Source: Chiloscyllium plagiosum (taxonomy: Eukaryota). From it: a stretch of 64,000 nucleotides of DNA. Positions 12,795 through 25,180 of this stretch are shown here, one piece after another. The position numbers were made by a program, and so were the translations under genes. Position 1 is the first letter of the stretch, and each line of letters begins with the position of its first letter. The stretch is taken from positions 7,491,117 through 7,555,116 of the forward strand of contig NC_057720.1 of NCBI RefSeq assembly GCF_004010195.1. The letters run 5' to 3'. The notes under the pieces are model-generated. The model was not told the origin of the DNA, made no database searches, and saw only the letters and a program-made list of their open reading frames with translations.

Positions 12795-13195
12795 TTGGAT
12801 CAGCTGGGATTGTTTCCATCAGAGAGTCAGAGGTTGAGGGGTGACCTTATAGAGGTTTATAAGGTTAAATCATGAGGAGCATAGATGAAGTGAATAGCAG
12901 GTGTCATTTCCCTCAGGTGCGGGATTTCAAGACCAGGGGGCTTATTTTTAAGGTGAGAGGAGAAAGATTTAAGAAAGACATGAGGGGTATTTGTTTACAC
13001 AGAGAGTGATTTATGTGTGGAATGGACATGCAGAGGAAGTGGTGGATGCAAGTACACTTACAAATGTTTAAAAGACATTTGGATAAATACATGAATAAGA
13101 AGTCTTTGGAGGGATATGAGCCAAGTACAGGCAGGTAGGACTATTTAGTTTGGGATTGTGCTCGGCATGGACTGGTTGGATTAAAGGGTGTCTAT
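12795..13195 (+). mobile_element. CR1 LINE 3' fragment
   Basis: RLRGDLIEVYK...FKVRGERFKKDMRG..FTQRV..VWN-type sequence followed by the 3' UTR. Confidence 0.85.
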
Positions 13196-14195
13196 GCCTC
13201 TAAATTAGATCTCTCAAGGAATATCTGGTCACAGGTCAGCCTCCACTGCATTGGATGGTGAAGCAGATTGGAGGGGCCTATTCCTGCCCTTATGATTGCT
13301 AAACTGATGGATGTGACTTCTCCTCACAATTTCGTGCTTTCGGCTCCAGCGTTATTCTGATCAGTAACATTTTATCTTCAGTAAACATAGACTAGATTTT
13401 CATGCCTCACCCAACCACGTTGATATCAATCAACAAAGTTCCAAGGGAATGCTGGACCAGGCAAGCTCCTGCCCTCTGGATGAGACGTTCAACCAGGTCA
13501 CCACCAAATAGACACAAACATCCCATAAGACCATAAGATGAATAGAGCCATTCAGCCCATTTAATGAGATCATGGCTAATCTGATAACCCTCATGGACAC
13601 TTCCCTCCCTCTTCCCCATAGCTCTTCATTCCCTTACTGATCAAAATGCTGTCTCTCTCAATTTTCACATTATTGGGTGACTTTTACCCAGTGTTCCCTT
13701 AGTGAATGAAATCAACTAAGATTAGGTGAAGGTGAGGGACTGCAGATGCTGGAGAAAATTGAGTCAAGATTAGAGTGGTGCTGGAAAAGCACAGCAGGCC
13801 AGGCAGCATCCGAGGAGCAGGAGCCCTGATGAAGAGCTCCTGCCATCAAAGAAAATTAGGCTGACTCATCCTTCAGCTCATTTGTGGGATCTGACTATGC
13901 ACACATTGCAATGCAAGTGGAACACAATAACAAAACTCCAAATGTGATTCAACAGAGATGCAGCAACACCCTGACTTTGTGACAAACTGATCCAAGCCAG
14001 ATGCTAACGGGTTCAAGCTTTCCCCAAGACATTTGAGGACTAGCCCCTGGCTGACATTCCTGCATAGTACCAAGGGTATTCTGTACCTTCATCTTTTCAA
14101 GATACCTCAAATCAGAGACCTATAAAAGATTCCTTGACACTATTTGGTGAAGAGTAAGGTTGTTTTTTCCTTAGGTTCGTGTCAATATTAATTGA

Positions 14196-14530
14196 AACAA
14201 AGAAATGTAGAAAACAGGAGCAGGAGTAGGCCATTCAGCCCTTCGAGCCTGCTCCACGATTCAATATCATCATGGCTGACCATCCAACTCAGTCCCTTGT
14301 TCTCGCTGTCTCCCCCATACCTTTCGATCTCTTTCGTCCTAAGAACTATATCGAACTCTTTCTTGAAAACATTCAATATTTTGGCCTCAGCTGCTCTCTG
14401 TGGCAGAGAAGTTCACAGACTCCCCACTCTCTGGATGAAGAAAGTTCTCCTCATCTCAGTCCCAAATGGCACACCCTGTATCCTAAGACGGTGACCCCTA
14501 ATTCTGGACTCCATCAGGAACATCCTTTCT
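14196..14530 (-). mobile_element. CR1 LINE 3' end (second subfamily)
   Basis: Tail aggagcaggagtaggccattcagcccttcgagcctgctcc. The minus strand encodes NVFKKEFDIVL. Confidence 0.85.
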
Positions 14531-15338
14531 GCAGACAGATATTTCCACAGGCAACCTTCACTCACCCTTCATTCTTCATATGTTATCAATAAAAACAATT
14601 TCTTGTGCTATTATCACAGTGTATTTGTTGTGGGAGCTTTCTGTGCACTGTTGGGAATACATCCTTCCTACTTTACAACCATGAGTACATTTCAAGTGGT
14701 TGTAAACACGCTAAGGTCCTAAGAACTTGAAAGTCACGGCACAAACACACAGTTGTCTTCTGATTTTTATTTACGATCGTATTTGGCATTTGAATCGCAC
14801 TTTTCACTTCCTCACGGAACATCAAGACCTTTCCCAGCCACCAAATTACACTTGAATAGCAGTCCTTGTTAAACATGCTCATGAAAATTAATAGCAGGAG
14901 GCCATTCAGCCCCTTAAGCAGACTCTATCATTTGATAAGATCATGGTCTCAGCTTCAGTTTCCATCCTGCCCCTCATGAATCTCTGATGGACCCAAAGAC
15001 TCTCTAACTTCTAACGGCACCTCCTATTTCACTGGGAAAAGTAACAGTGGGTTTGTTTTAAATGCAACAGCCAATCACAAATTTTTTCCACTTTGTTGCA
15101 TAGTTGATTGGAGAATGAAAAAGACGGTTTTGTCTTCCACCTTGCGTTGACCTTCTCTGCTGACTTGTTGCCGGGATATGGGGCCACAGCTGCCAACAGT
15201 CTTGCAGTATCTCTGCCAAGCAGTTATTCTTTAGATTCTCTTGTACTGCTTCACCACAGCCAGTTTCCCACACAGCCACCAGCAACACCACAAAGCAGGC
15301 TTGCTGAGCAGCCGAAGGCAAAAGTTTCCTCAACAGAT

Positions 15339-15416
15339 TCAACATTGCTGTGGTGCCAACAGTGGGATGGGATGATGTCCATGCTCGTGAGTCGGAGGAG
15401 GGGGAGGTCTTAATTC
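15339..15416 (-). CDS. Candidate terminal exon of an unidentified gene (ELRPPPPPTHEHGHHPIPLLAPQQC* in phase 0)
   Basis: Acceptor ...cactttagtacag|GAA in non-repeat sequence, Pro/His-rich frame ending in TGA, AATAAA on the minus strand at ~14766-14771. A second frame stays open to 15058. No homology recognised. Confidence 0.3.
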   Translation of the reverse strand, partial: ELRPPPPPTHEHGHHPIPLLAPQQC

Positions 15417-16108
15417 CTGTACTAAAGTGCAAAGTCTCGATCAGGGTTGGTAGCAGATTGTCAAACACCAAGTGTGTTCAGCTCATTTTTTTTTAACACT
15501 CTCGGAACTCAATGTCAACAAATGTCATAATCCATTTCATAAGACCATTGAATAAAGGAGCAGAAACAGAGAAAACAGGTTCAGGAGGAGGCCATTTGGC
15601 CCTTCGAGCCTGTACCGCCATTCAGTATGATCATGGATGACCCTACAATCTCAGTATCCCATTCACACCCTCTCTCCATACCCCTTGATCCCTTTAGCCA
15701 CAAGGACCATCTCCAGCTCCCTCTTGAATCTATCTAATGAACTGGCCCCAACAGCTTCCTGGGGGATAATTCCACAGATTTTTAACCAAATACAGAAGTA
15801 GGCCATTCAGCCCGTCGAGTCTGCTCCACCATTCAATGAGATCATGGCTGATCCGATCATGCTCAATTCCACTTTCCCACCTTTTCACCATAACACTTGT
15901 TTTTCTTCCTAATGAAAACTCAGTTGTCATTGACTAATCCAGCACTGTCATGTGGTGATTGATCTACCATATGTTATAGACTTTTGCCTCCAGCAGGGAA
16001 TTTGTACCCAATAAGGCAATATTTATCTCAATGCCACTATATGAGGACCAGACATGGGTGATGTGGTATTGAAAGGTTCAACAGATGCATATTGGAGTGT
16101 CTGAGGTA

Positions 16109-16307
16109 TAGTCGGTTCTGATATAACATGATAGTCCAGTTCTTGTGCGATCTCACATTTTAAGAAAATCGTGCCATGCAATTAAAGCTAATGGGTCCAG
16201 AATTCCAGGTAAGGAGAGTTTGTGTTCTACAAATAACGGTCTAAATTCTTCAATCGCGCTAAATCCAATTCGTGTTGAAGAAACACACGTTATAGCAGAA
16301 CTGATTG
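16109..16307. mobile_element. MITE, Tc1-mariner/pogo(Tigger)-like
   Basis: Imperfect ~22-bp TIRs: tagtcggttctgatataacatg versus the reverse complement caatcagttctgctataacgtg. Related to 27399-27615. Confidence 0.6.
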
Positions 16308-16861
16308 TGCTCATGTATTAATCTTATGAATTTCAGTGTCTGGGCTAATATTAATCTATCTGGGTATAAAAAATAGCAACCTTCCACCAGCATGTTATGC
16401 TTCAAGACGTCTCAGTTAAGGAGGAGTCTGGAACTTTTATACCATCATGTTACATGGTATGACATAGTAATGATCTCATAAGCATACCCCTCAAAGGCAC
16501 ACAGCATACCAGCTGTGAGATGTATTCCTGCATTAGCCATCTAGAGTTTTATATCAATGACCTCAGAGAACTTGAGTTCAAATCTCACCACAGCAGTTTT
16601 AGATTTTGAATTAAAAAGGATTAAAGCATCTATCGATCTGTTACCAACAAATCAAGTCAGCTCACTCATGGTCATTAAGGTAGCGCACCAGCCTCTCTTG
16701 GTAGCGCACCAGCCTCTCATTTAGGGCATTCTGGGCTCTAATAAGACCGCTTTTCAAAGAAGGTAACTGTGACAAGTTTCAAAAGGTTGCAGCATGTCAA
16801 TTGTTGATTTGACATTTTCAAGGTCACGTTACATTGGTCTTGGAGTGTGAAATTAATTCAC

Positions 16862-17222
16862 CCAGAATAGATACTGGGAGGTGTGACCCTATGATGGTAG
16901 ATAGCCAACAGCTTTTCCCCAAGGGAGGGGAATCTAAAACTGGAGGGCATAGGTTTCAGGTGAGAGATACAAAAGGGTCCAGGGGGCAATTTTTTCCACA
17001 TAGAGGGTGGTGAGTGTCTAGAAAGGGCTGCCAGAAGCAGTGGTGTAAGTGAGTACAATTTCATCATTTAAAAAACATTTAGGCAGGTACATGGATGATA
17101 TAGGTATGGAGGGATATGGACCAAATGTCTGCAAATAGGATAGCTGAATAGTTAACACTGGGCAGTATGGGCAGGTTGGGCCGAAGGGCCTGCTTCCATG
17201 CTGTAGACCTCTATCACTCTAT
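16862..17222 (+). mobile_element. CR1 LINE 3' end
   Basis: GHRFQVR...GNFFHIEGGE..ERAARS-type decayed ORF and tail gggccgaagggcctgcttccatgctgta. Confidence 0.8.
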
Positions 17223-18579
17223 GGTCTTGGGGTTAAGGCATGCAAGATCAAGCAAAAGGACACCACCATCTTAAGAGCATAAGGAGCAGAAATAGGCCAT
17301 TCAGCCCATTGAGTCTGCTGCCCCATTCAGTGAGATCATGGCTGATCCAATTATCTTCTCATTCACATTCTTGCCTTTTCCCCAAAAGCCTTGTTCCTTT
17401 ACTGATTGAAAATCTGTCTCTCTCAATATTTATCACTTTCTGCAGTGTGGCTTGAGGATCAAGCATTAGCCAGGATATTTTGCTATTCTTTTAAACAGGG
17501 CTGGGGATCTTTTACATCCAGGTCAGAGAGTAAACTGGAGCTTAGCTTAACATCCGAAACAACAAAGGGGGAAACAAAATTAGAGATTCAATGATGTATT
17601 GCGGGAATTCAAATGCCACCTTTTAAATAAAAGGAAAAGACATTCAAGCACCCTTCAAAGACTGAGAAAAATTGAAGTATTGCTAATTCAAATCACTTCC
17701 CTAAAGAAGGTAGACTTGTTGATAGGTACAGTCACAGACAATGGATCAATCTTCACTCATGGTTCAAAGCAAACATGCACTGCGTACAATCAATAGAACA
17801 GTCAATGCCCAGAGACATTGACAACAATTTACGATTAAGAGACGACCACATCTTACGGAATGCTTCAATGGAGAAAGGCTGAGAATGCAAGGAAGCAGGG
17901 GAGCAAGAAAGAGTGGCAACATCCGAACCAAGCTCCTGATTAACATCCCATCACCTCTTTACCTCAGTGAGATCCTTCAGATTTCTAATCAGGATGGAAT
18001 GATCATGTGAGGATGTGTCGAATCTTCGTGACCTGATGAGCATCGACTGTTAGATTACAACCACCGCTGACTAATGACTGGGAATGTCATTCATGGCAGA
18101 TCTAATCAAATATCTCAGCCTGTCTCCAGACTCCTGCGCTGCCAGTTGTTGGTGCAGGACAATAGTTTGTAGTTCTTGGACCTCCATGAAACTGTGCTCC
18201 CCAACACCGCCCAGCCCGATATTTCCTTCTTTGCTGTGCCTTTATTTTCCTTCCTACTGCTCTTGGAAAACAAGTGGAATGGATTTAACCACATCTAAGG
18301 TACTTAAAATACTCAATTTGTAGCACTCTGAAAAAGAGTTAAAGACCCGTGTGGAGATGAGACATTGTTTGCACTTACACATCAGGAGCTGTGGCAGTGC
18401 TGATTGTTGGAAGCATTGCCTTTCCAATGCAATGTTAAACCAAGGTCCCATTTGCCCTTTTTAAAAATATATCAAAGATGCAAGACTTTGAAGAGAACTG
18501 GGAGAGCTCTCTTTATGCCTTGACCAATATTTATCCCTTCACCATCATCGCTGAAAGTAAATGATTCAATTCTTTCCTC

Positions 18580-19005
18580 TTTTGTTTTCCCTGGAGCGTC
18601 AGAGGCTGAGGGGTGACCTTATGGAGGGTTATAAAGTTATGAGGGGCATGGATAAAAGTTGCCCCTTTCCCCTCTCAAACCTATGCCCTTGAATTAGGGT
18701 AAATAGGGTTTTATCCTGGGGTGGAGGAGTCCAGAACTCAAGGGCATCGGTTTCAGGTGAGAGCGGAAAGGGACCTAAGGGGCAATGTTTTCACGCAGAG
18801 GGTGGTGCGTGGATGGGATGAGCTGCCAGAGGAAGTGGTGGAGGCTGGTACAATTACAGCATTTGAAAGACATCTGTAGGGGTACATGAACAGGAAGAGT
18901 TCAGAGGGATATGGACCAAATGCTGTCAAATGGGACGAGATTAGTTTGGAATATCTGATCAACATGGACAGATCTGTTTCTGTGCTGTACATCTCTCTGA
19001 CTCTG
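18580..19005 (+). mobile_element. CR1 LINE 3' fragment with a short internal inverted piece (~18658-18690)
   Basis: gaggctgaggggtgaccttatgg... continues to the tail. The inverted piece is cccctctcaaacctatgccct. Confidence 0.8.
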
Positions 19006-21560
19006 TCACTGTATGCGAGCTAGCTGTGCAGGATTTGGCTGCCCATGTTCTGAATATTCTAACTATGGCAAAGATGGGCCATCTTGCCCCTCGATCCTTG
19101 CTCTGCCATTGAATAGCATTGTGGCTCATTCTCCATACCTTAAAAAAAACACGCTGTATTCAGATTGAAGTGCTTGAGTGGCCTGAAGCTTGAGGCACTA
19201 TACGAATGCAAGCTATTGATGCGGCAGAAAGAATAGCACTCACATTGCTGAGTGGATGCCACTTATTCATCACACTAGTCAGCAGCGTGCTCTGGCCCAT
19301 GCTGGTATTGTATACATGACAATACCTTGTCTTCCTGAACACCATTAAAAGACTGCGGTCTTCTTGTTTGATGACAGTCCCCCTGGGCTAATAAACAAAG
19401 CGACAGACGCGTTTACTGTACATCATTCCTGGCCAACCACGGTCCAAACATAACGCATTGAAACAATCACACCATTTGCACGGTGAGTACCTAACGATTC
19501 CAGACCAGGCACAGAGCGGCTTTTGTTATCTGAAGGTCTCTTACACAGAAACAATGTTATTACGGCCGACAATACAATCTGATTGAAGGAGAGCTGTAAT
19601 TGTTTGGAAAAGCTTCATTTGGTGTTGCTGTACAAAAATGCTCAGCAGCCTCCACAGGGGGAGACACACGTGCTTATTAACGCCTTCATGGACCGAGATC
19701 ATCATAACCTTGTGATGGGCCCTGGCAGTTAGTGACAAGGACAAAGATTCGGAGATTCCTGACTTTGGCATTCCTTGACTTCCATTTTTTGTGCAAGTTG
19801 GGATTCAGAAACAAGTCAGGGATGTTCTCTACTTAATGACTGGAATCTGTAGCCTTATTAACTCCTGCGTGTTTTCTGTGCCCGTGTGAGTGGGAACGTG
19901 CGTTCAAAAATAGAAATAGACTGAAGTTGGCATGGTGCCCAGCACAATCACAGCGACAGACTAAACCAGAGTAACTTTCTCCCGCTGAGCGCTTGTGGAA
20001 CCTGGGGTGGGGTTAGTGAGAGGGGAAATTGTGTGTAGATTGGGGAGACGGGTGGGAGAAAGGTGCAAGGCCAGTGGGAGCGATAAAATATGGTCTATCC
20101 ACTGGCAGTTTTGCAGGTGGAAGGCTTCAAGCGATTGGTCAGTTGGATCATGTCCACAGTTAAAAAGAAAACGTGAGGACTCTAAGAGCTCGTTAATACT
20201 CAATTAGATCTTCCCAGCAGCCTTAGTTTCAAAGGGAATGGAGTATATAAATAGGGAGGTTTGGCTAAATCTTGACAAGGCACTGGTCAGACCACAGCTG
20301 GAATACCGTGAATAATTTGGGGCTCATTATGAAAAGAAGCAGATACTGATACTGGAGGCAGCCCAAACAAGCTTCACTGGGTCCTTGATCTGGAGGGACT
20401 CTCCTTTGCGGTTGATTAGGTTGGGCCTGAACTGTTTAGAATGTGTGATGTGGAGGTGCCAGTGTTGGACTGGGGTGGACAAAGTTAAAAATGTCCGATT
20501 TTATACCCCAGAACATCAGATAATTTCATTGGTTTGATGTCATCTCAAACAGTAAGATTCAAATTTGATTGATCCCTGGGCATAATTTAAACTGATTGAC
20601 CGAATTTGAACTTGTTTTTGTTCCATGGCAACACAACTGCAGCTATTTGTTTCAACCAAACATTACATTTTAAAATTGCTCAGCATTCTCTGTGCTTCTA
20701 AGTGCTTGCTAGCTTCCTCTCTCTTAAGGCACACCTACACCTTCATAACAGGCCATGACAAATACAATGCCTAATATACAATACTTCGACTGCTCATACA
20801 GAATCCATGAAACAAAGCATCACGTTGCTGAAGGAAGGTTTATTTCGAAGCACTAGTTTTCAGAGCACTGTAACTGATGAGGGAGAGGCACTATGAAAGC
20901 TAGTGCTTCCAAATAAACCTGTTGAACTATAACCTGGTGATGTGTGATTTTTAACTATTTGGAATACAGGAGAGCCGGACTCAGCTTTATTGGAGGACAG
21001 AGCAGTTGCAGAAAGTTGGTGGCAGACTCTTGGGCCAGAGGGCATCAGCACAGAGTAAAGACAGAGATGAGGAGGATTCTGATTTCAGATAGCGATGAGG
21101 AAGAATTCCTTCTCTGAGAGGATAATGAATCTGTGGAATTCTTTACCACAGAAAACTGGTTCGTTAAGGAAGGGAATTAAGCACTGTGGAGAAAAGCCAG
21201 CACAGTGGAATTGAGGATGACCAAATCAGTCATGACTTCATTGAGTGGCACAGAAGACTCAATGGGCAGAATGGCATAATTCTGCCACTACGTCTTCTAG
21301 TCTTATCAGGCTGATGCTGCTGCAGAAAGAACAGGATGCACACTGCTGGGTGGATGTCGCCTATCCATTCCACTGGTCAGCAGTGTGCTCTGGTCTGGGC
21401 TGGTTATTGTTCCCAGAATCGGACCTTGCACGGCTCAATCACAATTCACACTTTGGGAACTATGACCTAAACAGGGCAACCGTTCATCACCAAGGGCTTG
21501 GTGCCCCTCGTATAAAAGTGTGTCTATCTTGCAAGAAGGTTCACAGTCCTCCAGAGGCAG

Positions 21561-21964
21561 GAAAGCAGGCTAGAAGAGGCTGAAAGGCCTCATGTCACTA
21601 ATGATTGAGACAGAAGGCTGGAAGGAGGCTGAATGGCCTCCCGCTGTCCCTAATGAATGGGAAAGCAGGCTTGAAGAGGCTAAATGGCCTCCTCCTGTTC
21701 CTAACGAATGCAAAAGCAGGCTGGAAGAGGCTGAATGGCCTCATGTCCCTAATGAATGAGACAGAAAGCTGGAAGGAGGCTGAATGGCCTCCCCCTGTCC
21801 CTAATGAATGGGAAAGCAGGCTTAAAGAGGCTGAATGACCTCCTCCTGCCTGTAATGAATGGGAAAGCGGTCTGGAAAAGACTGAATGGCCTCCTCATGT
21901 CCCCATTGAATGGGAAAGCAGGCTGGAAGTGACTGAATGGCCTCCTCCTGTCCCCAATGAATGG
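21561..21964 (+). repeat. 51-bp minisatellite, 8 units, derived from a CR1 3' tail
   Basis: Unit gaaagcaggcttgaagaggctgaatggcctcctcctgtccctaatgaatgg at 21561, ~21609, 21661, 21712, ~21760, 21812, 21863 and 21914. Resembles the CR1 tail gaatggc..agcaggctc.aagggccgaatggcc..ctcctgctcct (e.g. 53651-53698). Confidence 0.95.
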
Positions 21965-22212
21965 CAGACACTGAATGAGGAGGAATGTCTAAAGCTCCCA
22001 GTATGACCTGTACTTCAAACAAACAGAACAGCCCAGCATTGAAAACGAATGCGCCGCTAATTAAGATGAATAATTGTTTCACGATTTTTGATGAAGGCAA
22101 GATACCATCTGAACAGATTTACAATTGATATGATCATCCACCATAATGTCAGGATCTTCCTCCAAACGGCTACATATTGAGATCAGTTTTAAAATGCAGA
22201 GCTGCAACTTAC

Positions 22213-22262
22213 CATGTTTAGAAACCGCGGGTCTCAGCATCCTGAGAGAATGTCGAACAGTC
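22213..22262 (-). CDS. Candidate 50-nt internal exon (open frame TVRHSLRMLRPAVSKH)
   Basis: Acceptor gatttctttgttttgcag| and donor CATG|gtaagt are both near consensus and lie in unique sequence. Coding status unknown. Confidence 0.4.
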
Positions 22263-22451
22263 CTGCAAAACAAAGAAATCAAATATATATAAAAGATTCA
22301 TCCAAAGACAGTCACCTTCAGGTTATAAAACGCTTCTGTGGCTACATAAGAATTGCACAATGGGTGCATGTTTTACCAGCATTGTGACTTGTCTAGGTTA
22401 TCATCTGCTGTGATAAAACAGTATACGTTAATCTGTTACGCTTGATCAGTT

Positions 22452-22820
22452 AGCCTATTCAGCCCCTTTGCACCTCTTCCACCATTCATTAGATACAGGA
22501 GGAGGCCATTCAGCCCCTTTGAGACTGTTTTCAAACTCATTAGGTACAGGCGCATATCACTCAACCCCTTTGAAGCTGCTTTCCCATTCATTAGGGACAG
22601 GAGAAGGCCATTCAGCCCCTTTGAAGCTGTTTTCCCATTCATTAGGGACAGGAGAAGGCCATTCAGCCCCTTTGAAGCTGTTTTCCCATTCATTAAGGAC
22701 AGGAGAAGGCCATTCAACCCCTTTGAGCTTGTTTTCCCATTCAATAAGGACATGGGAAGGCCATTCAGCCTCTTTGAGTCTGTTTTCCCATTCATTCGAG
22801 ACGGGGAAGGTCATTCAGCT
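22452..22820 (-). repeat. 51-bp minisatellite, ~7 units, inverted relative to 21561-21964
   Basis: attcagcc recurs at 22457, 22508, ~22559, 22610, 22661, 22712, 22763 and 22813. Unit reverse complement: gaaaacagcttcaaaggggctgaatggccttctcctgtccctaatgaatgg. Confidence 0.95.
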
Positions 22821-24118
22821 CCCTAACCTAGCGTGTTGTGTCACTCAACGACAACACAGCTGATCTGCACGGTAAGGTTGATGTATCTGCCCTTGTCACC
22901 ACATTCCCAGCTGCCTTTGGCTTAGAAAGACGGTGCCAGAGAACAGTTTGAACGAACTGCGCTCGCTTCCTTGCGGGCTGGAGAAGATGCTGCAGTGTCC
23001 TGGTGGAATCTGAAGAGGGCAGTGCAATCTGTCAGTTCCAGGCAGCTCCAGAACTGAAAACGCAGCAAGTGCTTTTTAACTCAGCTCTTCCCAGCAAGAG
23101 GGGAGACAGGAGGCGAAACATTTTCTCGTGTAGGCTAAAGGTCGCGCCAAGGATAGAGAGTAATGTGGAACTACTCCAGAAGCAACATGGGCAAACTAGT
23201 TCCAAGTATTTTGTTTTTGCCCAGCTCAATATTATTATCAATGTTGTCAATCTGTAGTAGTGAAAGCCAAGTGTCACTTTTAGAAGCAAACAGACCAGAT
23301 TTAATTAACTCATTCCTTGCACATTTTATCATTCATTGCTACGACGACATTCAATTGCTCAGCAGACAAACAGCGTTTATTTAAAAAAAAATGATCAGAG
23401 AGCTACAGTCACCTTGCTATGCTGCAACTGAATTTGCAACCAGCATTTGACCATCCTGTTAATTCCCAGTCATTTCGCGCTGCCCCTTTGTACAGCAATG
23501 AGCACACGCCCACAATCAAGGAGGCTCCGTCTCTGTTGGCGAAAGACTATTTCTGGTCGAGACCAGATCAAAGAGGGCCCGGAGACAGTGAGTGGCCCAC
23601 TCTCAGCATCGAGACTCTGGACGATTCCTGTCTGCCAGCTTCTTTGGCAAGTTATTTTTGTTTCCTCAACTAAGCCGAGACAATTGAGAGGAAATCTGAA
23701 GCACAAAGGGAACTTGGGAAGCCCTAGCTCAGGATTCTGTAAAGCTTAACATGCACGTTCAGTTAGGAAGGCAAATTAAATTTTAGCAATCACTTCAAGA
23801 GGGGCAGAAAACATGAGCACACGGGCACTGCTGAGGCTGTATACGTTTCTGAATTGCTCCTCGGTTGCTGCCTGACCGGCTGTGCTTTTCCAGCGCCATT
23901 CTAATCTAGACTGATTTCCAGCATCAGCAGTCCTCACTTTGGTTGTATAGGTTTCTGGACTGACCACGTGTGGAATATTGTGAGCAGTTTTGGGCCCTGT
24001 ATCAAATCTGACTTATTTTATTGTTATGACATGTAGCTACGTACAGTTAAAAGTTTTGTTTTATGAGCAGCTCAGGCAGATCATTGCAAACAAGGAATAC
24101 AGAGCATAGGGTGCTTAG

Positions 24119-24250
24119 GCAAAAGTGAGGACTGCAGATGCTGGAAACCAGAGTTTAGATTAGAGTGGTGCTGGAAAAGAACAGCAGGTCAGGCAGCGTC
24201 AGAGGAGCAGGAGAATCGATGTTTCAGGCAAAAGCCCTTCATCAGGAATG
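24119..24250. mobile_element. PLE family A terminus with TSD
   Basis: gtgaggactgcagatgctgg...gcccttcatcaggaa, flanked by gcatagggtg(c/t)ttag at 24104 and 24251. Confidence 0.8.
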
Positions 24251-24274
24251 GCATAGGGTGTTTAGACAAAGCAA

Positions 24275-24480
24275 TGATTTGGAGATGCTGGTGTTGGACT
24301 GGAGTGTACAAAGTTAAAAATCACACAACACCAGGTTATAGGCCACCAGGTTTATCTGGAAGCACTAGCTTTCAGAGCGCTGCTCCTTCATCAGGTGGCT
24401 GTGGAGCAGCACTCCGAAAGCTTGTGCTTCCGAATTAATCTGTTGGCCTATAACCTGCTGTTGTGTGATTTTTTAACTTT
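24275..24480. mobile_element. PLE-like family B fold-back element with TSD
   Basis: Inverted arms aaagttaaaaatcacacaaca...tgttgtgtgattttttaacttt, flanked by tttaga(c/t)aaagcaa. Confidence 0.75.
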
Positions 24481-24534
24481 AGATAAAGCAAGGTATACAG
24501 GTTACAGCTGCACAAGAGGGGCACAAAGCAAGAT

Positions 24535-24680
24535 CAACATCAAATTTAAAACTAGAGACTGATAATGGCAGGGAAGAAGCTGTTCTTGAACCTGTTGATG
24601 CATGTGTTCAAGCTTCTGTACCTTCTGTCTGACGGATGATGTCGGAAGAGAATATTACTGGAGTGGGACGGGTCTTTGAT
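24535..24680 (-). mobile_element. Rex1/Babar-like LINE 3' fragment
   Basis: The minus strand encodes PSDRRYRSLNTCINRFKNSFFPAIISL, the Rex-Babar C-terminal motif. Confidence 0.75.
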
Positions 24681-24684
24681 GGAC

Positions 24685-25180
24685 ATGCTGCTGTTGGAGG
24701 GAGTCCAGAGGAGGTTTACAAGAATGATCCTGAGGATGAAGGGCTTGTCATATGAGGAGCAGTTGAGGACTCTGGGTCTGTACTCGATGGCGTTCAGAAG
24801 GATGAGGCATGGATCTGATTGAAACTTCCAGAACACCAGGAGGCCTGGATAGAGTGGATGGGGAGAAGATGTTTCCACAAGTAGGAGAGACTAGGTCCTG
24901 AGGGCAGAGTAATAGGACAAGCATTTCGAAATGAGGTGAGAAGGAATTTCTTCAGCCAGAGGGTGGTGGATCGGTGGAACTCATTGCCACAGAAGGATGT
25001 GGAGGTCGAGTCATTGAGTACATTTAAGACAGAGATAGAGAAGTTCTTGATTGGTAAGGGGATCAAGGGTTACAGGGACAAGGGGAGAGATTGGGGTTGA
25101 GAAACATATCCACCATAATCGAATGGCGGAGCAGACTTGATGGACCAAATGGCCTAATTCCCCTCCTATATCCTCTGGTC
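24685..25180 (+). mobile_element. CR1 LINE 3' fragment
   Basis: LEGVQRRFTRMIL.MKGLSYEEQLRTLGLYS...RNFFSQRVVDRWNSLPQ plus the 3' UTR. Confidence 0.9.

Noticed and set aside
16679..16718. 19-bp direct repeat ggtagcgcaccagcctctc x2
   Set aside because: Ordinary short slippage duplication within a decayed SINE D region.
21605..22863. LRR-like periodic ORFs (KGLNGLLLSLMNGK repeats)
   Set aside because: These are translations of the 51-bp CR1-tail minisatellite, open in several frames on both strands.
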